Positions 1 through 12,575 of a stretch of DNA of 64,000 bases are shown piece by piece; position 1 is the stretch's first letter; the number at the start of each line of letters is the position of its first letter. Under the pieces are notes generated by a model. It was not told the DNA's origin. It searched no databases and saw only the letters and a program-made list of their open reading frames with translations. The translations under genes and the position numbers were made by a program. This DNA comes from Acanthaster planci (lineage: Eukaryota). The DNA is taken from assembly GCF_001949145.1 (NCBI RefSeq), contig NW_019091357.1, positions 3,076,859 through 3,140,858 of the forward strand, given 5' to 3'.

Positions 1-277
1 ACAATTTGAAGAGGAAATACGGGGAGCCTTTGTCAGGCTTCACTTGCGATGCTTTCAGTGTTTTTAATATTTGCATTCATAAAGGTAAAGAGATTTGACA
101 GCAGATTATGTAAATGCAATGTTAAACAGATTTCTAATGTTCATGTTGCCAACTTAGGATAAAAATCTGACAGACAGGACTAGATCGGAATGAATTACGT
201 CACGAACATTAAAGGTGACAGCGGTAACGTTTCTTAAGACAAAGGTTAAACCAATTAAAGCTTAAGAAACAATACAA

Positions 278-609
278 GTGATTTGCAATACAATGCGCCA
301 CCAAGAGGTTGCCATGAAATGGTCATTTGCGCATTGCGTTGTGGGAAATTGTCGACAAATTCTATTCGCCCGAACTCGAATTATCCCATTTTTTTTTCAT
401 TTTGTCATGGAAGAAGATTGTAAGTATACTTTGAGTAGCATTTTAAATTAATAGTTCTTCTTTCTGTTGTATGAAATGCCCCAATCTATTAAACATTTCT
501 TAAGTGTTCCGCTGACATGCGTTGAATGCAAATTGCGGCAAGGCGGTCATACCTTTGTCGGAGGTAAACTTGCGGCAACCTCTCAGTGATGCAATGTATT
601 GCGAATCGC
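278..609. mobile_element. MITE-like element with ~36-bp imperfect terminal inverted repeats
   Basis: GTGATTTGCAATACAATGCGCCACCAAGAGGTTGCC (278-313) matches the reverse complement of 574-609 at 29/36 positions; non-coding interior. Confidence 0.6.
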
Positions 610-2589
610 CCCAACTGAAATTCTAAGGCCGATTATGTAACTTAAGCAGAACTATTTCTAACACATGGTTATTCAGAAATATGAAATCACCAATGTAAAG
701 CGTGGATTTGACATTTGTAACTAATGCAAAGGTATACCCTTGAAGCAGTGCTGTTTTAATCCCTGAAAAAAAGCACCTTGTGAAGTTTGAGAACATCACT
801 GTTATGTTAATGAGCTGTTTTCGTCAAATCAGTTTCTTTTTCCAGTACTTTATCAATCAACGACTGTTTGATGTGTCGATTGTTCCCAACATTGGTTTTT
901 AACAAAGCCGCACGGCAGGTGAAAAAGTATATGTTTTTGTAAACACGAGGAAGGAACATTTACTGTTTGACAAGTAAAGGATAAGTGTGAAATTTTCGTT
1001 TCAGTTCAGTTCAGTTGTTGATTGCAATGGGGATATGGAAATAATAACGGGATTAAAAACTTTCGCTTTGCAATCGCTATATTTTTCTCTCCTTGAAAGT
1101 CTGTATTATACTTATGTTTCCCAGGAAAAGTTTACACACTGATCTTTTCCTAATATAAATACAATAGCTCACCATATAATAAACATTCGGTACAATTGGT
1201 CGGTATATTGTAACACCAATGCCCATTCAGTTTCTAACGTAAAGAATGGATCATTTGAGTCCAAAAGTCCAACCGGAACAGTTCCCGGTTATTCTTTGGA
1301 GGGAAGTGAGAGGTGACGGCAGGCCACTTCAGTTCACGGTCACGACGAGTTCATCCTAGTCGGTTCCCCATTCGACAATTGACAAGTTATGAGAGACGAT
1401 ATATGAATGGCCCAACATGAGCACAGCAACAGATGTAAAAATCAACCCAATATTACATTGCCCTAAACAATTTTTTTTTAATAAGCTTCATGAAAGTTGT
1501 TGCCTGACATCCGAGGGTGACATTTCGCCCACATTGGCGCGTTCCTCACGCACAAAGCAAGTACGTACGTGTGTACACTCATTTGGAAACTAGCGGACTT
1601 CCGGAACTTGTGATTTTCTTTTCCACATTGAAAACTTTGCCCCTCTTATGCAAACGCAGAAACGTATCTGCTAGAAAGTATAGACTGAGCCGGAACAATA
1701 GATGGCGCCGTGCTCTCTTCTTGTAACAGCCAAGTCGGACAGACAAGCAGTTTGTATGTTATGACACAACTGTCAGGGCATTCACCTGGATACTTTCGTA
1801 TGGGAAAATGGTTCTTGAGAGGAGACTACACCTCATGCCTCGTAAAAGCTTGAGCTTCCCCTATTGAAATATCAGACTTCTCTTTAAAAAAAATATTCCT
1901 CTAGAGCCAAGACTACAGCCTTTATTCGAGTCGGATTTTCCTAGCATTCTGTTGCTGTCCGGCATGGCTTGCGCACTACCGTCATCATCTCCGTTCTGGC
2001 CGCACGCAATGGTTCGATTGCGTGCAACGTGACGTGCATAGGTGACACACATCCCTGACATCTTCACGTGTACGTCGGGGGCGTCCGACCTACATATTCT
2101 TTTTTTTAATCATAAACCTAACTCTGTGTTTTCGTGGTGGAGGTACTTGTCACACAGTCTGAACCAGCTCAGAGAAGTATAAAAAAGAGTATATTCTTCC
2201 ACTACTGACGTTTTGGAGTACGTGTATGTCATTAATTTAAAATATGTTGAAATGAACACAAGTGGCTCTTTCGACCTCTGTTTTTTTTCCGCTTGAGGAA
2301 TTAAGTTCATTATTGAACTTTACAGAACGGGAAACGAGAGACTGACGGAAGGCTTGGAAATCTGCGTTAAAAATTAGTTCAGGCACTTCTGCGTTCCGCC
2401 CATGAATCAGTTTTATTTAACGGCGACCATCCGTTTTCAAGCCCATTTCTTGCCAAGGTTGATGACACTGCTCCTATATGAGTTACACCATGGCTTTGTT
2501 TACGTTTCCATGTGTCGTGCGGCGCCCTCATGTCGGTCGGGCAGTCTGTGCCGTAAACGTGTTGAGGCGTCGTTGACGTTTCTCATTTA

Positions 2590-2950
2590 AACGGAGTCGC
2601 CTCCATCCCAACGAGCAGCCCTCTTCCACTTCAGTCGGTCTATAGGGCCCATGTCTACACCATTCTCCGGCGTTTCGTATCCTCTCTGACACGGTCCATC
2701 CATCTGTATACTTGTCTTCTTCCCCTCTTACGTCTCCAAGGTAATTCCAATTCTTTTACTCTCCTGTATGAAATGACCCTCCTCCGTCTTCCGTTTCACA
2801 AGTCCAAACTACCTCAGCCTTGCTTCTCTTGCTTTCTCTTCAATCCCAATCCTTCTTGCAATTTCATTGTTGCTCTTGTTTCGTTAATTCAAGCGTCTAT
2901 AATACACCACAACATACTCATCTCTGCTCTCATAAGCAGACATTATCTTC
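2590..2950 (-). mobile_element. Decayed 3' end of an RTE-clade LINE ORF
   Basis: Minus-strand translation with frameshifts gives AEMSMLWCI...NNEIARRIGIEEKAREARLR*FGLVKR...RRKRGRRQVYRWMDRVRED...DRLKWKR. This matches the RTE C-terminal pattern (EMxMLR, RLRWFGHVxR, RxRGRPxxRWxD, DRxxWR). A TGG>TAG stop lies at 2809-2811. Confidence 0.8.
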
Positions 2951-3519
2951 CCTCAAACCAGACACATCACAACGCAGATATCTATTGTTATATCAATTAT
3001 AATTGATGGTTTTTAATATAGAATGGGGAAGTAAAACCTTTCGAATGTTAACCATTGTGACAGCATCTATGAACATCGAAGCAATGTGAAAGCAAGGGCC
3101 AACACACCAAACCAGTCGCACACAACTTGTAAGGTGTAGCCTAACTGGCTCATAGCAACTACAGTCTGATTGTTATATTGCAAATCTGAGACTTTCAGAT
3201 CAAGTACATCCCTATTGGTTGCAGTCACGTGACACGTGAGTGACACTGTTGAGAAAAGGCTTCAAGAAAATATTTAGAAACAAAAACCCAGTCCAACCAT
3301 TGCGTGTTTGCGGTTATTTCTGGGAATCAGACTTGGCAGAAGTGCCAGTTTTAACTAATCCGGATACAAGCTCTCACCAGAAAGGTTAGATACGCCGCTC
3401 ACAGGGTTCCTATAGGCCTACACAACAAACAATGTATATGAATAATCGATAGCTTGTCAGACACCACAAATCCCAGTAGGCCTTAATGCTGCCTTATATC
3501 AGAATCGATGAGTAGTAGC

Positions 3520-3705
3520 AAACCCGTCATCGGTTCAAAAGAACCATGTTGGTCGGGATATTCATCTTGCTGATAGCGATGCGACCGTAGGCTAATGTAA
3601 GCATCTCCTAGTCGTTCGTGAACCATCGGAGTTCATTTCCGACTAAAGAAGCCTCTGTTGCTGAAAAAAATAGCGCCCTCTCTTGGTCCAGCTCGAGGCC
3701 CGTTT
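3520..3705 (+). repeat. Dispersed ~200-bp repeat family 1, copy 1
   Basis: Shares blocks TCATCGGTT.AAA, GTGAACCA.CG.AGTTCA.TTCCGAC and CGCCCTCTC.TGGTC.AGCTCGAGG with 22355-22540 (+), 27488-27660 (-) and 48775-48970 (-). Confidence 0.8.
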
Positions 3706-4199
3706 AAAACTTAATAGTCAGATACTGGTATTTGGCCGGTACCAGTATATCAGGATGGATGGAGTACAAAATGACCCGGGAGATCGGCCCTAACGTTCGA
3801 CACTCGCTATTTCAAGACTGCACCTCCTTGGCATGTTTGTGGCTCATGTTATCTGTTCTACTTCCTTCCGCTCCCAAGAGGTCACTTGGGTACGAGGGTG
3901 CCAACGCATCCCACCAAGGCATGGCAAGAACAACAACGAACCTTGGACAAACGGGAATCAGCCAGTCTGCCAAACCTCATTCTTAGCATTTGACATTTTC
4001 ATTGGACTTAAAAGGAACCATCCACTCCATCTAGTTGTACGTGTATTCTCGTTTTATTCCCTCTAATCAAAGAGACTTCCCTCACTGCAAAACTGACGTC
4101 AAGTCGGTGACTATAGAATAACGCCGAAAAAAAAACCACTTGTTGTTGATTTGTTTTAATGGCGCTTCCAGCCACCCAGGCTATTTGTGCCGATAACTA

Positions 4200-4419
4200 T
4201 ACGTTTATTCATTGCCTTTATTAATCAGCATCACTTTACGGGGGTTAGGAAGAAGGTCCCGTTTTAGAGGAAGGAGGAAACCGGAGTACCCGGAGAAAAC
4301 CTGCGAGAGCGAGTATGGACTGGAAACCAAATGCACTTAAAGCCTGGACCAAGCCGGACTTGAACCTGGGGCTCATTGGTTAAAAAGGAGGGAAGAACCG
4401 CTACGCTAACCCGCTCCCC
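4200..4419 (-). mobile_element. tRNA-derived SINE
   Basis: Minus strand: A-box-like TAGCGTAGCGG, B-box-like GGTTCAAGTCC, then GGTTTTCTCCGGGTACTCCGGTTTCCTCC (V-SINE-like core) and an AATAAA-containing tail. Related copy at 60952-61245. Confidence 0.75.
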
Positions 4420-4687
4420 CCCCCAAAAAAACACTTCTTAAAGAAGGAACGTTTATCTTTTCTGCTGAATAGCCACAGTTGGTGCAAAGCTGACACCTTT
4501 TAATCGGTTTCGACTAGAATTATGTATTGCGCAGGAAGCAACTCGCGCATACTTGTTTCCTCGAAATGAGGCTGCATCCAAATCTCTTGTCAATAGCTAG
4601 GTCTAGGTCTTCGCTCCAATGGAAATGCCTGGAGACGCGCAGACAATAGACCTAGCCGTAGATCTGGAAGCCCGTTTCGGACACGGC

Positions 4688-4770
4688 CTGAGTCAGTTTG
4701 GTGTTCCAACAGCGCTTACCCAGTCCGAGGCTATCCGGGAACAGCTACGCGCTTTTGAAATAGCGAACTT
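4688..4770 (+). repeat. Dispersed repeat family 2, short copy
   Basis: GAGTCAGTTTGGTGTTCCAACAGCGC...GGGAACAGC...TTTTGAAATAGCGAACT resembles 27800-27970. Confidence 0.55.
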
Positions 4771-5384
4771 GCAGCAGTGACAGACTTTATGACGCTGTTG
4801 GCAGCAGACATATCAGTCTCTTTTCAACACAGAAATATAAACGCATAGACCACCACTCTCGCGCGTCTAACCGTGATTCTGAAAAGTACGGGCAAACAAT
4901 GGGCGAAACGGCGACAGGCATGCCGTTCAACGCGCATTACGCGCAACGCACTTACATTGCCGGCATTTGTTTACATGAGCTTCCAAATACGTTCCCTTTT
5001 TTTTCTTTTTTTTTTTTTTGCTCTTCGGTACTGCTATATCTTCTCTTCAATTGTTGCAACGGCATTGTTTGGAATTTACGTAACTAGAGGAACATTTTAC
5101 AATCGAAAAAATGCATGGCTTCATAGCATTTAAAGGCTGGAATTCCTCAAGTGTGCGTACATTCCCTATGGGTGAATTGCCCATAGTTTTGATTTTAATC
5201 AGGCACCGCGTTGATCACGACATGTTCGTGCGGTTTTGAATGTGATCTGGCGGTCTGTGCCTTTTTATGTCTTTTTGCGGCATTGCGCATGCTCTTAACA
5301 TCCCGCGCATGCACAGAACTGGTACTGAGGACCGGAATGTTTGTCGCCAAGTGTCTCTTAGTCTGCCATTGCATACAACACGGT

Positions 5385-5645
5385 TCTCCGGCTCAGTATT
5401 TCATAAAGGCAACGTCATTCGAGAACAAAGCACGCTCGCAAGTCGGCGTATGGGTGCGGTGACAGTAAGTTGATCTTCATTATAGTAGAGATCAATGACA
5501 GCACCACGGATATTTTTCTTCTGATACAGTGCACAGACAGCCGCGTCAGCACCATAGATTGTATAGCGCCGTGCAGCGGCGCTATACAATCTTTGGTCAG
5601 CACTCCATTTTGGGGCATGCGCTGTTGGGATACTGAAACGTCTCG
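5385..5645 (-). repeat. Dispersed repeat family 2, inverted copy
   Basis: Reverse complement contains CAACAGCGCATGCCCCAAAATG and CCATACGCCGACTTGCGAGCGTGCTTTGTTCTCGAATGACGTTGCCTTTATGAAATACTGAGC, matching 27820-27970. Confidence 0.7.
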
Positions 5646-5789
5646 TTAACGCATAATGCACACGTATGCACGTACGCGCGTATGCGTCTAGCGTTGTCAA
5701 GAATGGAACAGCATAGAATCATACCGCGCTGTGCAGCAAAGATAATAGTATAGCGCCACGCAATGCAGGGTTGCTGGGTCAACGGTTCA

Positions 5790-5832
5790 CATTCACTAAT
5801 TCACAACAGAGACATCTCTTGGTAAAAGGCAG
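5790..5832 (+). other. Probable non-coding first exon of the TM microprotein gene (start approximate)
   Basis: Consensus donor CAG|GTAAGT at 5832/5833. A branch-like CTGAC plus CCTAG acceptor (6692-6693) lies just before the ORF ATG. Splicing places A at -3 of the ATG. Confidence 0.5.
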
Positions 5833-6694
5833 GTAAGTTATTCATTTTTTTTTATCAAGCCATTCTATCTTGCATACCTCCAAACATGGACAATGATCAT
5901 GGCAAAGGTAAGACCTCATTTCTCTATCTCCACGTCTCAACCTTCCAATTTTAATCACAGCTCCAACGTACTTTCGCTTTTCAATAGCAATACTGTTCAG
6001 CATAGCTCTGTAATTTTGAATGATAGCGACTAGATTTTTCAGTGACGGATGAAGAATTGAATTGGAAAAGACTGAGATTTTGTATCTCTTTTATTCAATT
6101 TTCCCATTTTCGCCTCAAAGACGGGCCGTATAAAGAGATTATTTTAAACCTGGGAAGGAAAAGACACGAGAAAGGCACTGAGAAGTGAGACATGCATTTA
6201 CAGTGTCAAAACCGAAGTTGCCTTTTGTTTTCGAGACAGTTGATGCAACAACTTGGACTTTTCTGTCATCTGATTTTACCGGATCATTGGCCTTGGTGGA
6301 GGCGTTCGACGATACCATGTGATGAACGCCAGACGGTCGTTAGCACTAGCGCCGGCAATCGACTATCAAAATGTAGGCCTAGACCGGGTTCCTCATGAGG
6401 CTAACCGGAAAGCGAAGTGAATTTGACGTCATGAAACATTTGTAGCTAAACTCGCTTGAGTTGAAACGAGTTCAATTATGTGAACTATCAGCACGAGGAT
6501 CTGATCTGATGTCCCAATGTCGCGGTCGTGTCCGCTGTAGCACCAACCTTTATTGTGGGGCGCCTTAACCAAGGCAATAGCGCATGAAAGGGAAATAGGA
6601 AAGGACCCTTTTGGAACCTACTTTTATGCCAGCAGTTTGCTTTCCAGTTGAATAGGTTTAACAAATTATCGGGACACCTCTTGCTGACCCTAGC

Positions 6695-6916
6695 ATGTTC
6701 ACAACTCAGTGGATCATCGCTGTGTCCGTGGCCACCAGCGTTTCCTTCTGCGTGCTGATCATCGGCCTCTGCATCCTCATCTGGGCCCTGAGGACCCCGG
6801 CGCGGCAGGTTGGCGACTCGCGTGTCGATCGGAAACCAGCGAAGGGAACTGGTAACGCTGCAACTTCAGCCAATGAGAAGGCAGAGAGCGGGCGGCTACC
6901 GGATGTTGCAACTTAA
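6695..6916 (+). CDS. 73-aa single-pass membrane microprotein (N-terminal TM helix, charged tail)
   Basis: MFTTQWIIAVSVATSVSFCVLIIGLCILIWALRTPARQ...: one ~25-residue hydrophobic helix followed by basic residues. GC3-rich codons (ATC, GTG, GCC, CTG) as in the other real exons. Acceptor 1 nt before ATG; AATAAA at 6977-6982. Confidence 0.7.
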   Translation: MFTTQWIIAVSVATSVSFCVLIIGLCILIWALRTPARQVGDSRVDRKPAKGTGNAATSANEKAESGRLPDVAT

Positions 6917-9374
6917 ACCGGAGAGGAACGCCTCCAATTAACAATTGCCGATCATGTTCTGTCACTACGAATAATGAATAAAGACAAACAGATCCATTTC
7001 CTCGTCGGCCGGGCCAGACTGACATTGGCACATGAGCTATTTAAGCTTTTGGTAAGGTATTAACTCCGACCCGTTGTGTCCATTTGAGCAGGGAGGGGGT
7101 TAACGCAGAACTTTCCCCAACCAATTCTTCACCTCCATTAAAAGAACTATTCCTGGAGAAAAAGACGACTGAGAGACTGCAGCCTTTGCACTGGAATTCG
7201 GGGCAAATTTTGGGTCCACAAAGCACCGCCCCCAACGCTTCGCAATCACACTTGGGCTCTGGATTTGGGAATTTCACCCTCTAGACAAATTCGATAGAGG
7301 CCTATGCCTATAACTAAAAGCATGATGGAATAAAAATGCGAATCACCAGTCAAACATGCTCGAGGCTTAGTGGAGGTTGAGGTGGCTGGTTTCCAACCGG
7401 CGCGGAAGTGGGAGCTCCGTGCGGACTACGAGCGTGACTGATCTCAACAGGTTTTTCCTTCCACTTTTAAATCTCAAATTTCCTTTACCGTCTCCTCTCA
7501 GTTCAAAGCTGAGTCCCCGAGGAGAACAGCGCTAAAGTATTGACCCAAGCTACAAGAAACTCTGCCCACGGAAGCAGATTTTGGTATGGGCCTACACATA
7601 AGACGAATCTGCGGGTTGCTATCTTGTTTTTAAATTTACTTTAGTACCCCCCCCATTTTCCCCCTTTTTTGTCTGAGCGAGGGTGGAGGGGTTCGACATT
7701 CACCCCCACCCCCGGATCCGTGCCTGACTAATTGTTATCCAAGGCCTTTGCAAGTACTTTGTTTACGGTCTGGCAGCAAAATGTTCTCAAGAATTTAGGA
7801 TTCTCAGCTTACAAATTACACATTACTATAAAACATGCAGTTCAACATTTCCAAGAAGTGTCAAAGCAATGGATGGTGGTCACAAGCATCGAACGCTTAA
7901 GTTGGACAGTCTCGAAACAAGTATTTTGTATAGTAAAATCCATGATCAGTATTCCCGGAATTATAAAGATATGAAATCAAATGACTTCTTTATTACCATG
8001 TTTTTGTTACCTTTAAAGAGCATCTCTATAAGGAAAACACGTCATTTGTATTCAAAGCTCAACTATAGCAAGCTAAAAAGGGCTTTGTTTCTGTTCATGC
8101 CAAGATGCAAATTCTGAATGCAGATTGCGTCATTCCGAGAAAACAGTGAAAATGAGGGAAACCCTCGCCCTGTGTTCGTTGTGGATAAACCCTGTGCATG
8201 CCAAACAATGCACGTAGCCATTCCTTCCCCTCGGTTTCTCCTTAGCAGGAGCAGATGACACTGTATTCGATTTGGATGCATCCATATTTATTTGAACGGA
8301 GAAAGTCAGAGAAAACGTGTTTTCCTCAGAGGTGCTCTTTCAATTGGTATATAATATTATATCGGATAGTACGGTACGTTGAAGAATTTTACCCTTGGTC
8401 TAACTTGGCAAATCCCTCAAGAAAGAAGGAGGGGCGAGAGTAAGTGCCCATGCTGCCAACCGCAAAAACAGTTCCTTGGGTTTAAATTTACTTCAGAGAG
8501 CCGGTGCCAGGTATATTTTTCTCTTAAAGGTGTATGGTCGGAACCACTTGTAGCCCCTGTGTAAGGGGTGCAAAGATGTATCTCTTTCCTTCCCACCTTA
8601 AATGGAAATTAAAGGTGAAGTTGTCCTTACGTCTTTAGCAAAGGACACGCGTCATTTGAGCGTACCCTGGACAAAATGTCGATTTTTCTACGTGCATACA
8701 GCGCGTTTGCGAGCCTATCACTGCTTCAAATCTAGACGAATGCTGTCGAGACCCTTGTATTTCTTGACAATGACTCAGTCGTCTATAAATGGCAGCGGGA
8801 GACAAATATTCTTCTTGTGGGTACAGAGGAGCTATATTTGGACCCAAATTTGCCGATACATCCACCGCAGAGCCATCAGTTTCAGATGGATTTTTCCCCT
8901 CACATGTGGCTCCAACAAACAGAAACTCGACCAGTGCTGAAAGACTAGCGTAAATGAACTTATGTTGACCTCAAAGCAGCTTGCTTTAATATCACTTTCA
9001 TTTACATTTCTCTAACAAATTGGGTGCCATAAATGTGGCATGTGGCTTTAATTAACCATTGTTAAACCTTTACAGTTAATAGTTAAATTCAACTATTTGC
9101 ATAGTTAAATGTGCCTGTTTGGTATTTAGGTTGCCCATGTGCATTGACTATCGATTTCATTTTGATGTAATTATTTAAAAATGTGATACTGGTTTTTGGT
9201 TGGATGTGATTTTATGTTTTTCCTTTTAAAACAAAATCGCCTTCCCCGATGCAATCACAAAACACCGCAGCGAAGCATGGACTCTATTAATTCCAGAACC
9301 CACTTGCTAAAACGAACTCAAATTTAAATTACGGTCAGGTACCAGATTGTTTCTCATTCCCAGACGTATCTAAG

Positions 9375-9451
9375 GTTTGGTTTGTTTGTTTTTTTGTTTG
9401 TTTGTTTGTTTGTTTGTTTGTTTGTTTGTTTGTTTGTTTGTTTGTTTTTTT
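9375..9451. repeat. (TTTG)n microsatellite
   Basis: Directly visible tandem GTTT/TTTG run. Confidence 0.95.
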
Positions 9452-11138
9452 CAACGTATGCAAATGATTTAAATCCGAGGTGAGAGCGGGTAGCTGTGGG
9501 GGCGCACTGCACCACCCCATGGAGACGAGGTTGTCAGTCGAGAGCACGAAAATTATGGTCTCACCGGCCAATGTCAACAAGGAAACAGTGCTGTCACAAC
9601 TGACCGCCCAGTCTTACGTCACGGGGTAATTTATTCAGCGTGTCCCAGGGGAGGTTAACAAGGAGCATTAACGCAAATGCGTAATCATTCAGAAGTCTGA
9701 CGTGCAAGCTATAATGATGACATAGTTATCTTATAATAAGTTGTCAAGTTTCGTAATTGCATCCTCAAACATAAAAAAAAACTTGCACTGGATTTTTCTT
9801 TGTCACGAAAGGTACGCTGTAAACATAGACCTATGTTTGTTTTAATAATGTGGAAATTAGAATAACGATTGAACAAGGATATGCCAGGAAAGTGTTGCTT
9901 CAAAGAGCAAGAAATCACAAGATATGCCCAACTCAAAGCATCTCTTCCTCAGCAGTGGTGCGAACAGACAGTTACTTCCTTGAGCAAGAGCGGACTGGAG
10001 CTTCATTCATAAACGACGTTTGGAAGCTGCGTACGGAGGATGTCCCAAGAGAAAGCCCTATTGTGCAAGACGTTGCTGTTTTTACAATGACCGTTCCCTT
10101 TAGACAAAAGCAATATGTGATAGATTTATATACACGGTTATCGAGGACGAAACACGCCCGATTTCCGTGTTCTCGAGAAAGGGACTTTGATGGAATCTGG
10201 CATGTGGACTCAACGTCTTGGTTTCAAATCTACTTGATGTGCATCATTTCCCAGTAAAAACCACGAAACTACTTCGATGGGCTAGACAATATACAGACAA
10301 GCTGTTATCTTCCTCTCAGATTACGTATACCGATGTCTCCGTTACTAACGCACGTATTCAGTCTCCAGACCAACACTGATTTTCTTTGAATTCACACCCT
10401 CTTTTACTCTCTAATTCCAGGCTCCACGCCTAAAATCACTTGGCAATGACACCCACAATGCCCGCATTTGAATTGTACGTTCTCGTCCTTATAACTAATG
10501 ACGCTACATGACAAAGTCTGCACTTTGGCTGTTGTAACGTCCTGTTTAATACACCCCTGATCCCATGGCGCATGGAGTTGGTTCAGTGGAATTTACAAGT
10601 AGGCGATATGTCAGTTGGCGTTCTCCGCGAGAAGTCGTTCGCTATTCTTGCCCATCTGGTATGGAGTGGTTTTCAGGACCAAGTGAGTGATTATCCTGTG
10701 ATCTTGAGCCTCAACGACCGAGGAAACTGCTGCGGTTATACGCTGACGTCCATCTCGGCATATGATGCTGTTTATATCGCCAACTATTATTAGCCTAATG
10801 AGTGGGATCACTATCAGTCGACGTAGGAAAGTTGAAGGCATTGTGTGGAAAATAGGTACTCGGGGGTAGCCCATTAAAGTTTATCATCCACCTACGTCAA
10901 TATTTGTAACCGTAATGACAGATTTCCTAGCATGGGTGTACACATAGTGTTCAGTTTGTGGCATTTATTTAGCATGAAGGTGAGATGATTCAATAGTGCA
11001 GGTCTTCATAATGAGCACGTACAGCGTGTAGAGAGTCCGGTGTTCAAACTTCGCTGACCTCGCCACATCCCGTGTTGGTTAAGCATAGCGGAAAGGAGAT
11101 ACAATCAGCATATGGTGCGAAAGAAGAAGAAAAAAAAT

Positions 11139-11172
11139 AAACATGGCGGTTAGGCGCACGTGGGCATGCGCA
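11139..11172 (+). promoter_or_regulatory. Putative promoter motif cluster of receptor A
   Basis: YY1-like AAACATGGCGG (11139-11149), E-box CACGTG (11157-11162) and NRF1-like GCATGCGCA (11164-11172) in a CpG-rich patch ~130-150 bp upstream of the first in-frame ATG. Motif matches only. Confidence 0.35.
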
Positions 11173-11286
11173 GTGATAACACGGAAGCTTCCATGACACG
11201 TCGAGTGCCGACGTCAGGCGGAGACCACTTCAAGTCGACGTGGAAACTACCCGCGATAGGTTGTCGGGGGAAAGCACCTTTCAGGG

Positions 11287-11407
11287 ATGGATTTAAGGAC
11301 GACATCGTCGCCTTTAGTGATGCGCCATAGTACAGAGAGACGTTCACTCCAACTCTTTGTATCTCTGCTTGTATGTTGGGCCAGTCGGATAACTTTTGCT
11401 GCAGCTG
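11287..11407 (+). CDS. Receptor A exon 1, signal peptide (ATG at 11287 or 11320)
   Basis: (MDLRTTSSPLV)MRHSTERRSLQLFVSLLVCWASRITFAAA: basic n-region, hydrophobic core, small-residue end. Phase-1 donor G|GTAAGT at 11407/11408 is compatible with the downstream phase-1 exons. Confidence 0.7.
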
Positions 11408-12575
11408 GTAAGTGTGTCTATAAAAGTCTTTGTTTCACATGATGATGCACAACAAACACGCTAGCATCGTGTCACCGGCGTTTGTTTCCGCAGCTATAGG
11501 AATATTTCAGTGAAAAAAAAAATAATGGCAGATACTTATAGGCCTAGTTCCAAAGGATAGTTCAATGTCATGAGTGTGCCAGTGTGTTTGCTGGTGTCTG
11601 ACCCTTCAGAGCAGGGTGGCAAATACCTAAAAGGGCCTTTTAATGTTGTTTTTATGTCCAACGATGGACAAAGGAAGTTTGTAGATAACTGTCTTTATTC
11701 ATTGTACACGTAGTGGATAGCCCCTCGTGCAATCAGTGGTACTGAATTAACGACAGAAACAACTACAAGACGAATACTGAATATTGATGCCAATTGTCTA
11801 TGTCAAGATCCAATCAGCTGGTGACACGTCCATGCCCGACTTCCAGTGATTTCAGTTTCTGTCATTTGATCTTAAAACAGATTCGATTCGCTATAACTTG
11901 CCGATGCTGTCTCCCATAACTGTGCGACGTATCGTCCGTTTGGCAATCATTCACATGGTGTCCTGTACTCGTCCAATTGGGTTGTACTGTGACAATGCAA
12001 TCAAGGAAAGAAACAATTCATAGACAATACAAAAACAAAAGCTTCATTCCATTCACCCAGAGAGGAGATCGTTGAAAAATAACCCCAGAAGGCACAACGG
12101 TGTCCTATGTCTCTGGGGTGAATGTGAGGGCTGGTTCTTATACGTGGCGTGGAAGTGCAACGCGAAATTATGACGTCGAATGCATCAAGTTGACCACACT
12201 TGAACTCAAGTTCATTGTTTCAGATCTAAATGTTTCGTGACATCAAATTCGCTCAGTTGCTTGAAGCCGGAGCCGATGTGTTGTTCAAAGATACAAAGAA
12301 CAATGCTACTTCTAAACACACGAAACATAATATGAAAAAACAGCGATTTTTGCAGGACCGCCATTTAAACTGTGTAAAGTTAAAGCATCCAAGAAATCTT
12401 AACACCATGATGGCAATTCGTACTTCGATATTTTAAAATGTTCTGGCAGATAGATTTGTCCCAGCCTTCAGTGCAGGAAGTCGTTTATTAAGAACTAGAA
12501 TTCCCCAAAGGGCATCGGAAAATCGTTGGGCCACATGCTTATGACAATATAGACAAATTTTCTTTGCTCGGGTAG

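Noticed and set aside
1590..1712. Promoter suggested by CCGGAA (ETS) and AGATGGCG (YY1-like) motifs
   Set aside because: No associated exon could be identified; short motifs alone are insufficient.
4330..4419. tRNA gene
   Set aside because: A/B boxes are present but I cannot fold a cloverleaf, and the sequence runs into a SINE body with a related copy at 60952.
9850..10257. 135-aa ORF and most other 60-150 aa ORFs in the track
   Set aside because: No recognisable domain, codon bias or consistent splice context; expected by chance.
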